From contig NGBS01000597.1 in NCBI GenBank assembly GCA_002245135.1, positions 1-64,000 on the forward strand: a DNA stretch of 64,000 bases, in the 5' to 3' direction. The position numbers and the translations under genes were made by a program. Below the pieces are notes generated by a model, which saw nothing but the letters and a program-made list of their open reading frames with translations, was not told the origin of the DNA and did not search any database. Each line of letters starts with the position of its first letter. The stretch's first letter is position 1. Origin of the DNA: Proteromonas lacertae. Taxonomy: Eukaryota. Positions 1 through 13,235 of the stretch are shown piece by piece.

Positions 1-1015
1 AGCAACAACTCAAGAAACTACTACTGAAGCAGCAACAACACAAGAAGCAACAAAAGAAACTACAACTCAAGAAGCTACAATAGAATCTGCAACTACTCAA
101 GAAAACTACAACTCAAGAAACAACAACTCAAGAAGCAACAACAGAAGCAGCAACAACACAAGAAACTACTACTGAAGCAGCAACAACACAAGAAGCAACA
201 AAAGCAGCAACTACTCAAGAAGAAACAAAAGAATCTGCAACAACTCAAGAACTCTACTGAAGCAGCACAACAAACAGCAAGCACAACAACACAAGAAACT
301 ACTACTGAAGCAACACAACACAAGAAGCAACAACAGAAGCAGCAACAACACAAGAAACTACTACTGAAGCAGCAACAACACAAGAACTACTACTGAAGCA
401 ACAACAACACAAGAAGCAACAAAAGAAGCAGCAACTACTCAAGAAACTACAACTCAAGAAAAACAACTCAAGAAGCAACAACAGAAGCAGCAACAACACA
501 AGAAACTACTACTGAAGCAGCAACAACACAAGAAGCAACAAAAGAAGCAGCAACTACTCAAGAAGAAACAAAAGAATCTGCAACAACTCAAGAAACTACT
601 ACTGAAGCAGCAACAACTCAAGAAGCAACAAAAGAAGCAGCAACTACTCAAGAAGAAACAAAAGAATCTGCAACAACTCAAGAAACTACTACTGAAGCAG
701 CAACACAACAACAACAGCACAAAGCAGCAACAACACAGAGAAGCAGCAACAACACAAGAAGCAACAAAAGAAGCAAGCAACTCAAAGCAACAACACAAAC
801 ACACAACAACACTAGCTCAAGAAGCAACGAAGCAGCAGAAGCAACAACACAAGAAGCAACCACAGAAGCTGCGACAACTCAAGAAGCAACTACTCAAGAA
901 GCAACAACAGAAGCTGCGACAACTCAAGAAGCAACCACAGAAGCAGCAACAACTCAAGAAGCAACACACAGCAAGCAACAACAACACAAGAAGCAACAAC
1001 CAGAAGCTGTGACAA
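1..1015 (+). repeat. Coding minisatellite, about 30 bp unit CAAGAAGCAACAACAGAAGCAGCAACAACA (QEATTEAATT) with variants
   Basis: Tandem repeat visible directly; several 1-2 bp indels disrupt the frame. Confidence 0.9.
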
Positions 1016-4000
1016 CTACTCCAGTTAGTGATGGAGAAAATCAAGGTGAAAATCCAAAGATCCATCTGCTAGAGTATTGGAAAACAGTGGAATGAGAAAT
1101 TATTGACATATGATCAATGGCCACCAGTTATTGATGAAAATAAATTAAAAATTAATGCAACAGAAATATTTATCGATTTATTGAATAAAAATGGAGTTGT
1201 ATATGATAAAAACAATGTAATTGAAGTATCAGTTGAAGAAGTAAAAAAGGATGATCAATCTATTAAATACGAATTAAAAATCACAGGATTAGCAGTGAAA
1301 GATACAGAAAAATGGAAAGAAGTATATGGACAATTAGAAAACAATGATTCTCCATTCTATCAAGCGATTAACATTAGTACAAATAGCAATCTATCAACAT
1401 GTGCATTACCAGATCATATGAAACAATTAACACCATGTGGTTATGGTAAAACAGTGTTTGAATATCTTACAGTAGAAAAAGGAATTGAAAATAGTTTCAC
1501 CAATTAATAAAGATGACAAAATTAAGGTTAAGTATGGTATTAGATGTGGAAAAAATGATTTTCTTACTGGATATGTAAATGGTAGTATAAAAGTAGATAA
1601 AGAAGTAGGTATTCAAAATACTTATTGTAGTATTACATGTAGAGCTGATGGTTATAGAACAAATTACAATCAGTTATACTTCAAAATAACTGAATATACT
1701 CCATCTGTTAATAGAAAAGACAGTATATTTGTATCATCAGTAGAATCTGGTGAATCGTTTGATATTTCAATTAAAATTCAATATCCTAATGTAGATCCAG
1801 CATTAGTAAAGGATGTTTCATTTGATCTAGATTTAGAATTAAGAGTAGTAGATGGTTCTAGTAATTGTGAATTATATGGAAACAGACAAGCATTATTAGA
1901 TAAAGATAATACTTTAAAATTAAGTGGTTTATATATAACATGTAATGAGATAGGTGTATATACAATGAAAGTAAGATATTCAGTTAATGGATATAGTACT
2001 CCAAGTGAAGTATTTATTGCACCAATTGATATTGATAAAACAATTACAATTATAAAGAAACCCGAATTGAAGCCAAAACCAACAGAACCTGCAAATGGTG
2101 AAACTGTAGCTACTAGTGTTGATAATGGTATTGAATATGAATATGCATGTAAGAATAAATCACAATCATATGATTCATATTCTGGATTATGCTGTAAAAG
2201 AAATGAAGGTTATGGTGAAATCTGTACTACTTCAATTGTTGTTATTCCTTTCACTTCTTCTACCGAAACTAGACTTTCTCAAAAGTTTATTAATGAATAT
2301 TTAACATTATTAAAGAGATATGTATTCCATTTAAGTAATTTCAACTTCACCTATATTCCAACTAACGATATGAATATTAAAATAGAAGTAAAGTTCTTCC
2401 TTCATCATATATTCGGTTATGATGGCGTACTTGATGAATTAGTAAGAAGAAATAGAGTGTTACAAGAAGGTATAAATTGGGATCAAGTTACTAATCCATA
2501 TTCATATGTTAATGCAGTGATTAACTTCTTAGAACCATCCGCAGAAGAGGAACAAGGAGATGGAACATCAACCAAACCAAATGATGATGAAAATTTAGCC
2601 AATCTATTGCCACCAGAGATAGTTAAAGCTATTCCAGATAGTAAAATTCAAGAAATGAAAACTTTTGTAAATGATGTGAAACAAAATGCACAAAGTCAAT
2701 CATCTTATATTGCATCAGGTAATAATTTAGTTCTTGATGCAGATGTTGGTATTAATGTAATTGAAACAGTACAGCAAGATGTAGATATTCCAACAGTTCA
2801 AGAAAAGCAATATGCTGATTCTCCATCTAGTAGTGATGATAAGAATTGGGCTGAGAAATATTGGTATGTTATATTAATAATCTGTTTGGGATGTGTATTG
2901 ATTATTGCTATTATTGGGATAATTGTAGCTGTTGCATCATCATCATCTTCTTCTTCTTCTTCTTCACCATATAAATCAGGCAGACCAACAAAAAAATCAA
3001 TTGATTCACGTGAAATGGCAGAATCTATAGTTACAGTAGATGAAGTGAGAAAAGAGAATAATATTGAAAATGGAGAAGATGTCTATAAGCCATACAATCA
3101 AGATGTAATAATGGAAGGATATTTAATGGAAGATATTAAAGAAAGAGTAGTTAGTATTTGGCAAACTAGATATGTTGTATTATTTTATAATCCTCCAATG
3201 TTAAGAATCTATGATTCTATGAATGTGAGTTATTTTGGTAAAGTCTATGTTAATGAAAGACAAAGTATACCATTTACTTGTTATGAAAATGCTGAATATA
3301 GAAATGGAAATGATTATTTCAATTTAGTATTAAGAGTGAAAGATACAAAATCAAAGTCATTTGAACCAGGTGATATTGAGAAAATAATAACATTTAAATG
3401 TGAAGATAAAGACAGAATTGAAGTTATAAGAGAATGGGTTCAATGCATTAGAGATTATAAGAATCAAAAGCCAAAAGCAAAAGTAATGTACAAAAACAGT
3501 AATCCATTAATAGTAGATGGAAAAGGAAAAATAGTAACAGCAACTGATAAGACTGAAGAAAGAAGAACAGAAGAAAAAGTATATAATACAAAGAAATTCA
3601 CATCTGATGGAAGAAGTAGAGTATCAGCTGTTCGTAGTTCATTTGTAGAATCAAATGTAGTAAATGATCCTAATACAATTAACCCACAACAACAACAACA
3701 ACAACCAATTATATTATCAAATCAACAATCAGTAGCATATGTATCACGCTCAGCAAGTCAAAGATCAAATACTGCATCTTCACAACCATTACCATATCCA
3801 ATAATAGCTGAAGTAGAACACCAACCTAAGAATGAAATATTAATGGAAGGATTCTGCTTAATTGAATATACAGGTGGTTTATTCAAATCATGGAAGAAAA
3901 GATATTGTGTATTATTATTTGATCCAGATATATTTAAGATATATGATACAATGATTGAAAACTGTAATGGAAAAACGTACTTAGGTGAAAGAGATATTAT

Positions 4001-4547
4001 TTCTTTAGATTGTTACAAAGATATTGAATATATAGGTGATAGACATGATTTTGTAATTGTCTTTAGTGTTAAAGATATTAGATATAAAGTATCAGAACCA
4101 GGTGATATGGAAAAGAGAATTCACATGAAAATAGAAGGTGGTGATTATGCTATGCAAATTGTGAAACAATGGATTAATGCTTTTAAGAATCAAAAGCCAA
4201 AAGCATCTGATGCTTGGATAAATTCATCCAATAACAATAATCAGTCAGTTAGTCTTCCATATAAACAAAGTCCATCAAAACCAAACTTACCGCCTGCAAT
4301 TCCTCAATATACACCATCACCCAGTAAATATCGACACTCCGAGTTAAGATCAAGTAGAATTAGAACTTCTAATACTTCTCAAATGGTCCCACCACCTCAA
4401 GCTCAACCAGTTGTAACTAATCCAGCTGTACCACAACCAGGTGAAGTAAAACCAGAGGAAGCCAAGCCAGTTGAAACAAAACCTGTTGAATCTAAACCTG
4501 TTCAACAAGAAGAACAGTGTAATAAACCTGAAGCACCAAGTGAGTAA
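1..4547 (+). CDS. 5'-truncated type I membrane protein: Thr/Glu/Ala mucin-like stalk, ectodomain, TM helix, two cytoplasmic PH domains, Pro-rich tail
   Basis: The + strand repeat reads TTQEATTEAA. It joins ORFs 1103..1507 and 1485..4547 through apparent single-base frameshifts (~1081, ~1485). TM YWYVILIICLGCVLIIAIIGIIVAVA at ~2860-2935. Two PH-like segments with MEG..W..RY.VL and a C-terminal W helix at ~3104-3460 and ~3836-4190. Confidence 0.7.
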
Positions 4548-4640
4548 GATTTGTAGTTATTATATAATCATTTTTTATATGTTTGTTTAAATATTGAGAA
4601 AAATAAAAAAATACATCAAGCTTATGTTTGTGTTTTAAAA

Positions 4641-5720
4641 ATGAAAATTGTCGTTTATCTTCTTATCATTGTTAGTTTAGCTCATGCAACTGTGATTAGT
4701 GAAAGTATGATAATCTGCTTTATATTATAGAATACAGAAAATTAGTTGACACAGTTAATAGAGCTAATTTGACATGGAAAGCTTCTTTATACTCAGTATA
4801 ATATACTATATATAATATATTATATAGAACATTGAATTTTTAGTGTCTCTTAATTATTCTGCTCCAGAAGAACTGATATTTGAATATAAGAATGAAACTA
4901 GTTATGGAAATATGCCTTCATCTTTTAATCCGTCAGATAAATGGTATAAACTCATATTATAGTTTTATTTTTAGGAATTGTTCTAGTTTTGAGTATATCT
5001 ACGATACTGGCTCTTGTGAAAGTTCATTTGCTATTATACCAGTATCTGTAGCTAGTGACAGATATTGTATTCATTTAGGAAAAAACTATCAATTATCAAG
5101 TGAAGAAGTGCTTTCATGTTGTGAGGATTGTGGAAATTGTGTAAAAGGGGGTATTTATTCTAGATCCTGGATTTATATGAATGTATAATATAAATCATAA
5201 TTTCATTCTTTTGTAGTATTGGGGTATTGCTACAGGTGGTGGTTATAACAAGACAGACTGTTGTATTCCCTATTCTCTACCTCCATGTGATCATTACCCT
5301 ACAAATGAATACAAACCTTGTGAAAAACCAAAAACAACACCAAAATGTTCAAAGAAATGTCAATCAAGTTACAAATACGATTATATGGAAGATATTCATT
5401 ATATAGACATACCTTACAGTATAAGAGGTAAAAATTTAGAGTTTGAATTATATACTTATGGACCAGTATCAACTAATATCGATTTTTATGAAGATTTAAT
5501 AGTGTATAGAAAAGGAATATATAGTCATTCTTTTGGTGAATATCTTGGTAGAATTCCAGTGAAAGTATTAGGATGGGGAATAGATGATGGTGTTAAATAT
5601 TGGACAGTAGCAAATTCATGGAATAGTGATTGGGGTGAAAAAGGATTTATTAGAATTAGTAGAAGTGATTCTTCTTTACATTTAGATGAAAAAGTGATTA
5701 CTGCAATGCCTTTGTGGTAA
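4641..5720 (+). CDS. Cathepsin B-like papain (C1A) protein, predicted catalytically inactive; 4 short introns
   Basis: Signal peptide MKIVVYLLIIVSLAHA; propeptide LVDTVNRANLTWKA; SDRYC, LSSEEVLSCC, occluding-loop-like PPCDH, GPV, LGWG, YWTVANSWNSDWGEKGFIRI. Introns at about 4705-4730, 4796-4827, 4944-4974 and 5183-5216. Confidence 0.9.
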
Positions 5721-5880
5721 ATATTATAATTTATAGAATCATAAATATATATATATATATATAATATACTCTCATTTATGTTTTCTTTTTATTGAAACTT
5801 CTATTTTTTAATAAACATCAAAAAAATATATAATATAAAACAAACAACAAATAAGATAGAAAAAATTATTGAATAAATGA

Positions 5881-6624
5881 TCATTTTTTATTTGGTTTTT
5901 GATTCTTTTGTTTCTTTGTTTCTTTTTGTGATTTATCTTTTGATTCTTTCACTTTTTTCACTTTCTTTTCATCATTTACTACTTCCTTCTTTTCTACTTT
6001 CTTTTCTACTTTCTTTTCTTTCTTCTTTATTTCTTCTTTTGGTTTTTCTTCTGTTTTTTTAACCTCTTTACTTTCTTCAGTTTCCTTTGGCCTTTTCTCT
6101 TCTTTCTTTGCGATTATTACTTTTGAGTTTTTATAACCATCAAAAGAAAACTTAATTCCTAATTTTTCAAGTTGCTTTCTTCGCTTTTCATCTCTTTTTA
6201 ATAATCGCTCTTGTCTACTCTTTGAAGTTTCTTGGTAATTTGGTCGTTTTCGACGATTTATATCAATCTTTTTCCAAGGAATTTTGTGATATTTTTTATT
6301 TGCACCTTTAAATAAGCCAACAAACACTTTTTCTTTTGGTAATAGTTCTGCTTTAATTGTATGATTCATTAAAATATATCCATCCATTGTTTCAGCAACA
6401 ACTTTTGCTACATCGGGTGATTCAAATTCAATAAATGCATAATGTTTTGATTTTCCTGATTTTTTATTCACAGACATTCTAATATTCTTTATATCTCCAA
6501 ATTGTTTGAAAAATGTCTCCATCTGTGGTTGTTCAAAGCCAAATGGCAGCCTACCAACGTACACTACAGAACTATATTCAGTAGAACCTTCTTCAACATC
6601 ACTACCTTCCTCTAGACCAGACAT
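5881..6624 (-). CDS. NOP15: Nucleolar RRM protein NOP15 / NIFK (MKI67IP)
   Basis: VVYVGRLPFGF, FFKQFG, KSGKSKHYAFIEF..PDVAKVVAETMDGY, LEKLGIKF, basic tail. Confidence 0.88.
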   Translation of the reverse strand: MSGLEEGSDVEEGSTEYSSVVYVGRLPFGFEQPQMETFFKQFGDIKNIRMSVNKKSGKSKHYAFIEFESPDVAKVVAETMDGYILMNHTIKAELLPKEKVFVGLFKGANKKYHKIPWKKIDINRRKRPNYQETSKSRQERLLKRDEKRRKQLEKLGIKFSFDGYKNSKVIIAKKEEKRPKETEESKEVKKTEEKPKEEIKKKEKKVEKKVEKKEVVNDEKKVKKVKESKDKSQKETKKQKNQKPNKK

Positions 6625-6720
6625 TATAAATGTATGATCAGAAAACCAAAATTTATAAACCGAACAACAAATAAAACGGATATATTTTCAACCGTTTTAA
6701 TACCGTTTTCTCTTTTTCAT

Positions 6721-7155
6721 ATGCAACCATCCAATTAGTATTAATAATTATATCATAAAATAGTTCATCATCATACATTCCACCCAATCCAAATAAAGAT
6801 TCCCAATTTCTTGAACAATGGATTAAAGAATGTGATGTGAAATATAAAGACCCAAGGTATTGTTATATTATTTTCTAATGTGTTTAGAGATATTGATACA
6901 GATGAAAGAAGTTGTTGTAGTTGTGAAACTCACGATGAATGGTTAGAAGGTTATTCTAAAAACCATCCATATCAAACAGAACAACAATTGAAAAAACTCC
7001 GTCAAGTATAAAAGATTATACTCATTATTTCATAGAGTGTGAGAGATGAAAGAAACAGAATGGCAGAAGCTGAAGTAAAGTATGAATTGTTGAAAAGAGC
7101 ACTTGCCCGTGTTGATAAATTAAGAAATCCTGCACCTGCTAGTTGGAAAATATAA
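6721..7155 (+). CDS. Small hypothetical protein, 3 short introns
   Basis: Spliced reading MQPSN..SYIPPNPNKDSQFLEQWIKEC..SCCSCETHDEWLEGY..RDERNRMAEAEVKYELLKRALARVDKLRNPAPASWKI*; GT-AG introns of about 30 nt. Confidence 0.6.
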
Positions 7156-7279
7156 TAATCAATTCAAATAAGAATATCTATATGTAATCTTATTAGTATG
7201 TATATAAATACATTTTTTTAATTGTTGGTTTATAAAAAATAATATAAACATATAGGATAAATATCTAAATAACATAAAT

Positions 7280-8677
7280 CTATAAACATTTCAAATGCAA
7301 CATCCCATTCTCATTAAATACTATCACATTCTCTTTATGATTTGTCACAATTGTAGAAAAATCATATTTACAAAAATGACAAGTATAATCCATCATCTTT
7401 TTATCTCTTAATCTATTCAGATTAACTTGATAATACTCATTACTATTCTTTACTGGTTTTACTAATATAGTGTTTCTATCAAACAACACAGATGAACAAG
7501 CACCATCAGCAAATGTTGTTTCATTAGCAATTAATTTATCTGAATAATCAATATAAAAAATCGAATTTATATTTGATAAATCTTTTTTATACACACTTAT
7601 AATTGAACCATTGGCTAGATAGAAGTATAAATAATAAGGATCAATTTCATATAGACTATATATTCGTAACAAAGTACCTTTAAATGCATTATTATTATTA
7701 TTATTACTTAAATTTAATAAATTATTATTATTATTATTATTGTATAAAGTAGAAAGTGATATTTTTTATAACACATTTTGGCCTTTTATTGGATGTAAAA
7801 GTTGCAACTGATAAATATCTCAAATCATAGAATAAACAATCACCTTCATTAGTACAACAATACAGTGTATTGGTATTGTATTTCAAACTACCAATCAACT
7901 TTACTTTTGTTATGGATTTATATCTTGATGGAAAATCTTCATATGTTGGTAACATCCAAATACTTTTTCCTGTTTTTATTCTCAAATCATTCATATATAC
8001 CCTATCTTTATTTGAATTAATAAATATTGAATTTTCATTATGATGTTTAATTTGTTCAATAAATTCTTGATTTTTATCTTTAAAGATGAATTTATTTTGA
8101 ATAACTGAACGTGAATTTAAATCAAGGCAATTGTAGTGCGTTGACCTTTCTGGAATTACATTTAATTGAGATGATACTCTATTACTCCAGAACAAATCGT
8201 TTATATTGTAATTTACTTTTATACCATTAGTAGATGGTATAGGATCTACACATTTAGATGAAGGATTTGAATGCATTTTTGATAGAACAGATGAATTATA
8301 ACAATATATATTCCTTGCTGATGTATAAGCTATTAGAAAATAACAATATTTGTTTAATACTTTGTATTAATGCTGAATCATCACAGTTAAATGACATTAT
8401 TGGATGATAATTCTGCGAAAAAGTGGATGTATAGTCAACAGGCTGTAAAATTGCTGGATATTCTTCAAATGCATCTAAATATGTTGATTGTATTTTTAAA
8501 TATGATGAATATATATTTGGAGCGGAATAGTCTGATTGAAGAATCCATTGAGGTGAAAATGGTGTATATAATTTTTTAGGACCAATTGTATTTCTTTTTT
8601 ATATTTTTCGGTGGTTTTACTACCTCATCTGAGTCAGAATCACTACTTGGCGCGAAATATTTTTCAAGAGTTTGCAT
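7280..8677 (-). CDS. Hypothetical protein, possibly WD40/beta-propeller
   Basis: ORFs 7737..8276 and 7280..7672 plus upstream exons from ATG 8677; WD-like motifs (VYMNDLR, CLFYDLR). Confidence 0.45.
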
Positions 8678-8751
8678 GATGTTTGAATAAAAAAACAAAT
8701 TAAACAAGTTATTATTTATAATTTCAAAAGTACAACAAAATTTTTAGTTAA

Positions 8752-9888
8752 TTATGGACTGTTTTCTACAAATTTGTGAAGATGATAACGATTTCTAATT
8801 TCTGACTGTACTTGGTCAGATTTTGACAATCGTATTAGAAAAGGGAGTAGTTTCAGTAATTCATTATCATTTTCATCGTCAAACCATGAATTAATGGGTA
8901 TTCCATTGTCTAATTGATATCCAAAAGCATGTGGAGAGTTATCTACAATTATACACTTATTAACATCTCTACCTAACACATTTAAATCCTTCATATAGTT
9001 ACCATTAACACATATACAAGAATCTCTGAATAAACGAAATCTATTGGATAATAAGCTAATATAAAAATATACTGTATTTGTGTATGTGTTGGATCTAACG
9101 TATCAAGCAACTTATCAGCATATACTCTTTGAGAAGCAGTAAATATCACTATTTCATATAATCTAGACACTTGCTCCATAAAGTGTTTGAGAAATGGTCT
9201 AATTTTAACATATACATTGAAAATTTGACCACTGAATTCAACAGGGAATTGCAAATCAGGATTTGGTATTGGAATCGATAGAACAATGTACAAGAGTCTC
9301 ATCTAAATCCAATACAAGTGTATGTGTAGTAGTTAAACCATTTGATCTTGGTGGCAATACTGTAGATAGATTACCTGACCTAATTACATCTGAATAGGGT
9401 GGGAGATGTTTTATAAAGGTATATGGGTCGAATTCTTGGATATTTATATCAAAATCTGGTGAATTGTAGGTTATCATTGCATCACTGTGAAAAAATTCCT
9501 CATCTTCTTCATAATCATCTCTATATTGAGCAATTTATAAATAAAAAATATATACTGAAATTCTTCTCCTGAAGAAGAATCTTGAGCTGGAACATTGTCC
9601 ATTTCTATTAAGATTAATCACTTTAAACTATATACCATGTGGTACTTTTGGTATTGGAGAAAATAGAAGATCATGTTCTTCTTCATCCCTATGATATTAG
9701 ACAAATACATTATACTCTGCTTCAAAATTTATTGGACGAACTGGGACTCTGGGTGGTAAATTGCCTAAATCAGTATATGAGATATATTATACTTGCATCT
9801 GGACGTTTACAGGAAGCAATAGGACTGTGAGCGTCTAATTGTGTGTAATAGAAGAACACATACCATGAATCGGTCGGGACATTAGCAT
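8752..9888 (-). CDS. FCP1/SCP (NIF domain) HAD phosphatase, CTD small phosphatase-like
   Basis: [65 protein letters not shown]; several introns. Confidence 0.92.
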
Positions 9889-10085
9889 GAATAAATTATA
9901 ACTTATTTATCTGTTGAATTAACGATTGACGATCTACAAGACGAGAAATTAAAAATGTTTTGAGTAATTTTAGTTTTTTTATTCGTTTCAAACACCTAAT
10001 TTGAATTTAAAATTTCAAATCTACACTCTGGATAATAAATAACAATAACAATAAAATAAAATAAACTATTAAAACAAAATTGTGA

Positions 10086-11148
10086 TTAATCCGTCAGTTT
10101 TATACCTAATGTACTCTGGAATATTGGCATATTTTCAGAACGCTTATATTTCTTAGGATTAGTATTGATCATACTATTCACAAAATAATACAACATATAT
10201 ACTGGCTCCCATGCATCAGACGGATATTGATCTTTATGGTTCAAATACCATCTTCGTTGTGTGAACAATTGCTGAAGGTACCTCCAAAAGAGGAAATCGA
10301 CAATCTCCTTTCACTTCTGAATTTACAATACCCTAAGAATTAGAATTAATATCATTATACACCAAATCTCCATAATGGGCCTGATTTTCCTTCTGCTTTG
10401 GATGACATCAAGTCATAAAACGTCATTTCTTGTGGAATAATAGAATCTTCTTTCACAAACATTAAATCAGCAGGATGCATATCTTTAACAGCAGGAAATT
10501 TAGCTGACAGTTGTTTAGAGGCTAATATTAAGAATTTAAATATCGATGTTCCTTTTGGTACAGTCAAATCGTATTTATGACCATATCCATCCCAATATTT
10601 GTAAGAAACAACAAAAGTTTCATTTTTTATTTTTTCTATTTCTTCTTTTTGTTTCTTTTCTTCTTCTAATTTCTTCTCTCTTTCTTTAGCATCTCTCTCA
10701 GCATCAGGAAGGAAGTGAGTATCTACTGTTGGATCTTTCATTGGTTTTGTTGTAATTATTGGTTCTTCCTCCTCTGAATCATCATTTTGAAAACTTAATG
10801 CTACTTTTGGTTTTTTAATGATAGGTACTTCGGTTTTATTATTGAAAGTTTCACGAGATTTTCGTTTTTTACTATAACGGTTATTATTCCATATTAATAC
10901 AATAGAGTTTTCTTAGTTTCTTCTTCTTCACTTCTTGGAGTATCTTCTGTTGCTTTCTGATACTCTTCGAAACTTTTTAATCCTGCTAATTTTGACTATT
11001 CAATAAACAAATATTAGAAATACAGTATCTGACATTTCTTGATAACCAACAGAATGGAAATATTTCTTTAATGGATCGTCTGGAGCATTATCTTGTATTT
11101 CTTCTTTTTTTAAGCCTAAATTGTTTATTTTTGATTAGGTATACTCAT
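10086..11148 (-). CDS. FAM50A: FAM50 / XAP5 family nuclear protein
   Basis: KDPTVDTHFLPDAERD, SYKYWDGYGH, LMFVKEDSIIP, FYDL, GKSGPL, RRWY..HKDQYP..WE; apparent +1 indel near 10265. Confidence 0.88.
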
Positions 11149-11320
11149 ATTGGGTGATTTAAAGCAATAATATGGTCAAAGAGTATGCTATAAGGTGAGA
11201 AAGTAAGAAAAGAAATGAAAATTGGTTTGAAAAGCTTGAATCTATTTTATTCTTTATTAGCTTATCTATTGAATATATTCATAAAATAAACACATTTATT
11301 AACAACATTTATTAATTTAA

Positions 11321-13092
11321 ATTAATTTGTGCTTTTTATATCAATGCAATACTCTTCATCATTTCTAATCTATTTAGAAGATTAAATATATATTAAATAA
11401 TACTATTTTGAAAGATTCATCATTCTTTATTGCCAATCTGTCAATAATATCATATTTTTCTTCTCTTTCAACATCAATAACTCTTACTATTTTATATTCA
11501 TCTATGTCATATATTAAAATGTGTAAATATTTATCATCGTTATATAATATTCCAATATTTTTACAGTTATCCATATAAGCAAGAGATATACATCTCCAAT
11601 TCTTTTTTATATTGAATAAATGTTGTATTTTACCCATCTGTTGATATAAATCATCCTTCAGTGAATATATTAATATATCATTTGTTTCAGATAATATAAT
11701 TATCTTATTTTCTTTGTTATAAAATACACATGAATTAATCATTACATCAAATTCTATTAAGTTCCATTTATTCATTGCAAGTGAATAGAAATACACATTC
11801 ATTTTCCAACACATAATTAAATAATCATTATTTATGTCAATAATAACATTACTGGATTTGTCTTTATATATTATATCACATCTATCACTTTCTTTTAAAT
11901 ATGTAACTAAAATATCTGAAGATAAAAAATCTGCAACAATTTCTTTGCTATTCAACAAAAACTTTAGCTCTTTTTTATAAGATAATTCTTTTATTGTTGA
12001 TAGTGTATAATTATTATGGAATGAATTGAATGTTAGTGGATAATTCATATCTGTGATGTTAATTATCTTAAAATGATGATCATTCGTTATACAATACAAT
12101 CTTTTATCATAACTACATATTCCATATAATACTCCAATCTTTATATTATCAGATATTTTCTTTTCTATAGAAAAAAAAACATTATATTTTTCATCATATA
12201 CTGAAATCTAAATTAGAAAACATAATTTCTTCTCTATCATTGTCAACTACTACAATAATATTATCATATAACCAACAAATTAATGGAATACACTTGCATA
12301 TAGAATCATTTGATGTATTTATTGGGAATACTTCTATTGTATAATAATTATCTAATTCATTAAATGGTATAACTAAAACAGAACCATCCACAAATTGACA
12401 TAAACAGTAATTGTCATTTTTAATTATATTGTATATTATCTTTTTATTCGGGATATCTGCTATAAGTTCATATGTATCTAATCTATATATTTGAATTACA
12501 AGATCTATTCTATTATAAACGTAGTATATATACCAATAGCTATTAACAGATTATGTCTTGTTGATATTTCAAATCTCCTTGCTCTAAATTTTGATATTTC
12601 CTTCTTCACATATTTATTTGTATTTATATTATAAACTATTTCAATGATTGATGAAGATGTATTAGATATCATTTTCACTGTATCTTCATCTTGAATTGGT
12701 AATAATACTGCATTCATTAAATAACAATCATAGATTTTTATAGTACATAATTTTGTTAATCTATAATACTATATATCAATGAATTATACTCTGATTTAAT
12801 TGAATATACGACCATTCCTTCGTTGCAAACATAATAGAGGTGATTTCCATCATCAGTTAAGTTGACTACTGGATTTATCAGCTCTTCATTAAATGGTAAG
12901 ATATCGATTGATTTTTTATCTATATTAAGTTATATATTTCATAATACTCAATTTGAATGTATAACACTTATAAGGTGACTCACTTCCAACAAATACAATC
13001 CCATTTTTAGCACATTTCATACAATTTGTTTTTGATACATAAATAATGTTTGGTGTATTAAAATTTCCTTCAAAAATGCTATACTGCGGCAT
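11321..13092 (-). CDS. Hypothetical multi-exon protein, possibly beta-propeller
   Basis: Collinear ORFs 12505..12717, 12194..12391 and 11374..12099 separated by short GT-AG introns; ATG at 13092; beta-strand-rich composition; 3' end approximate. Confidence 0.45.
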
Positions 13093-13235
13093 AAAATAAG
13101 AAAATAAGAATTGAAAATATCAAGCCAAACTTTTTTTATTTTCTTTCTATTCATCTCATACACAGCATATATAATTAAAAAAAATACATTTAAAATATAA
13201 ATTAACTATAAGTAGATACATACAACTACTTTTTA

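Noticed and set aside
93..1065. Cys/Phe/Leu-rich minus-strand ORFs
   Set aside because: Antisense shadows of the + strand TTQEA repeat.
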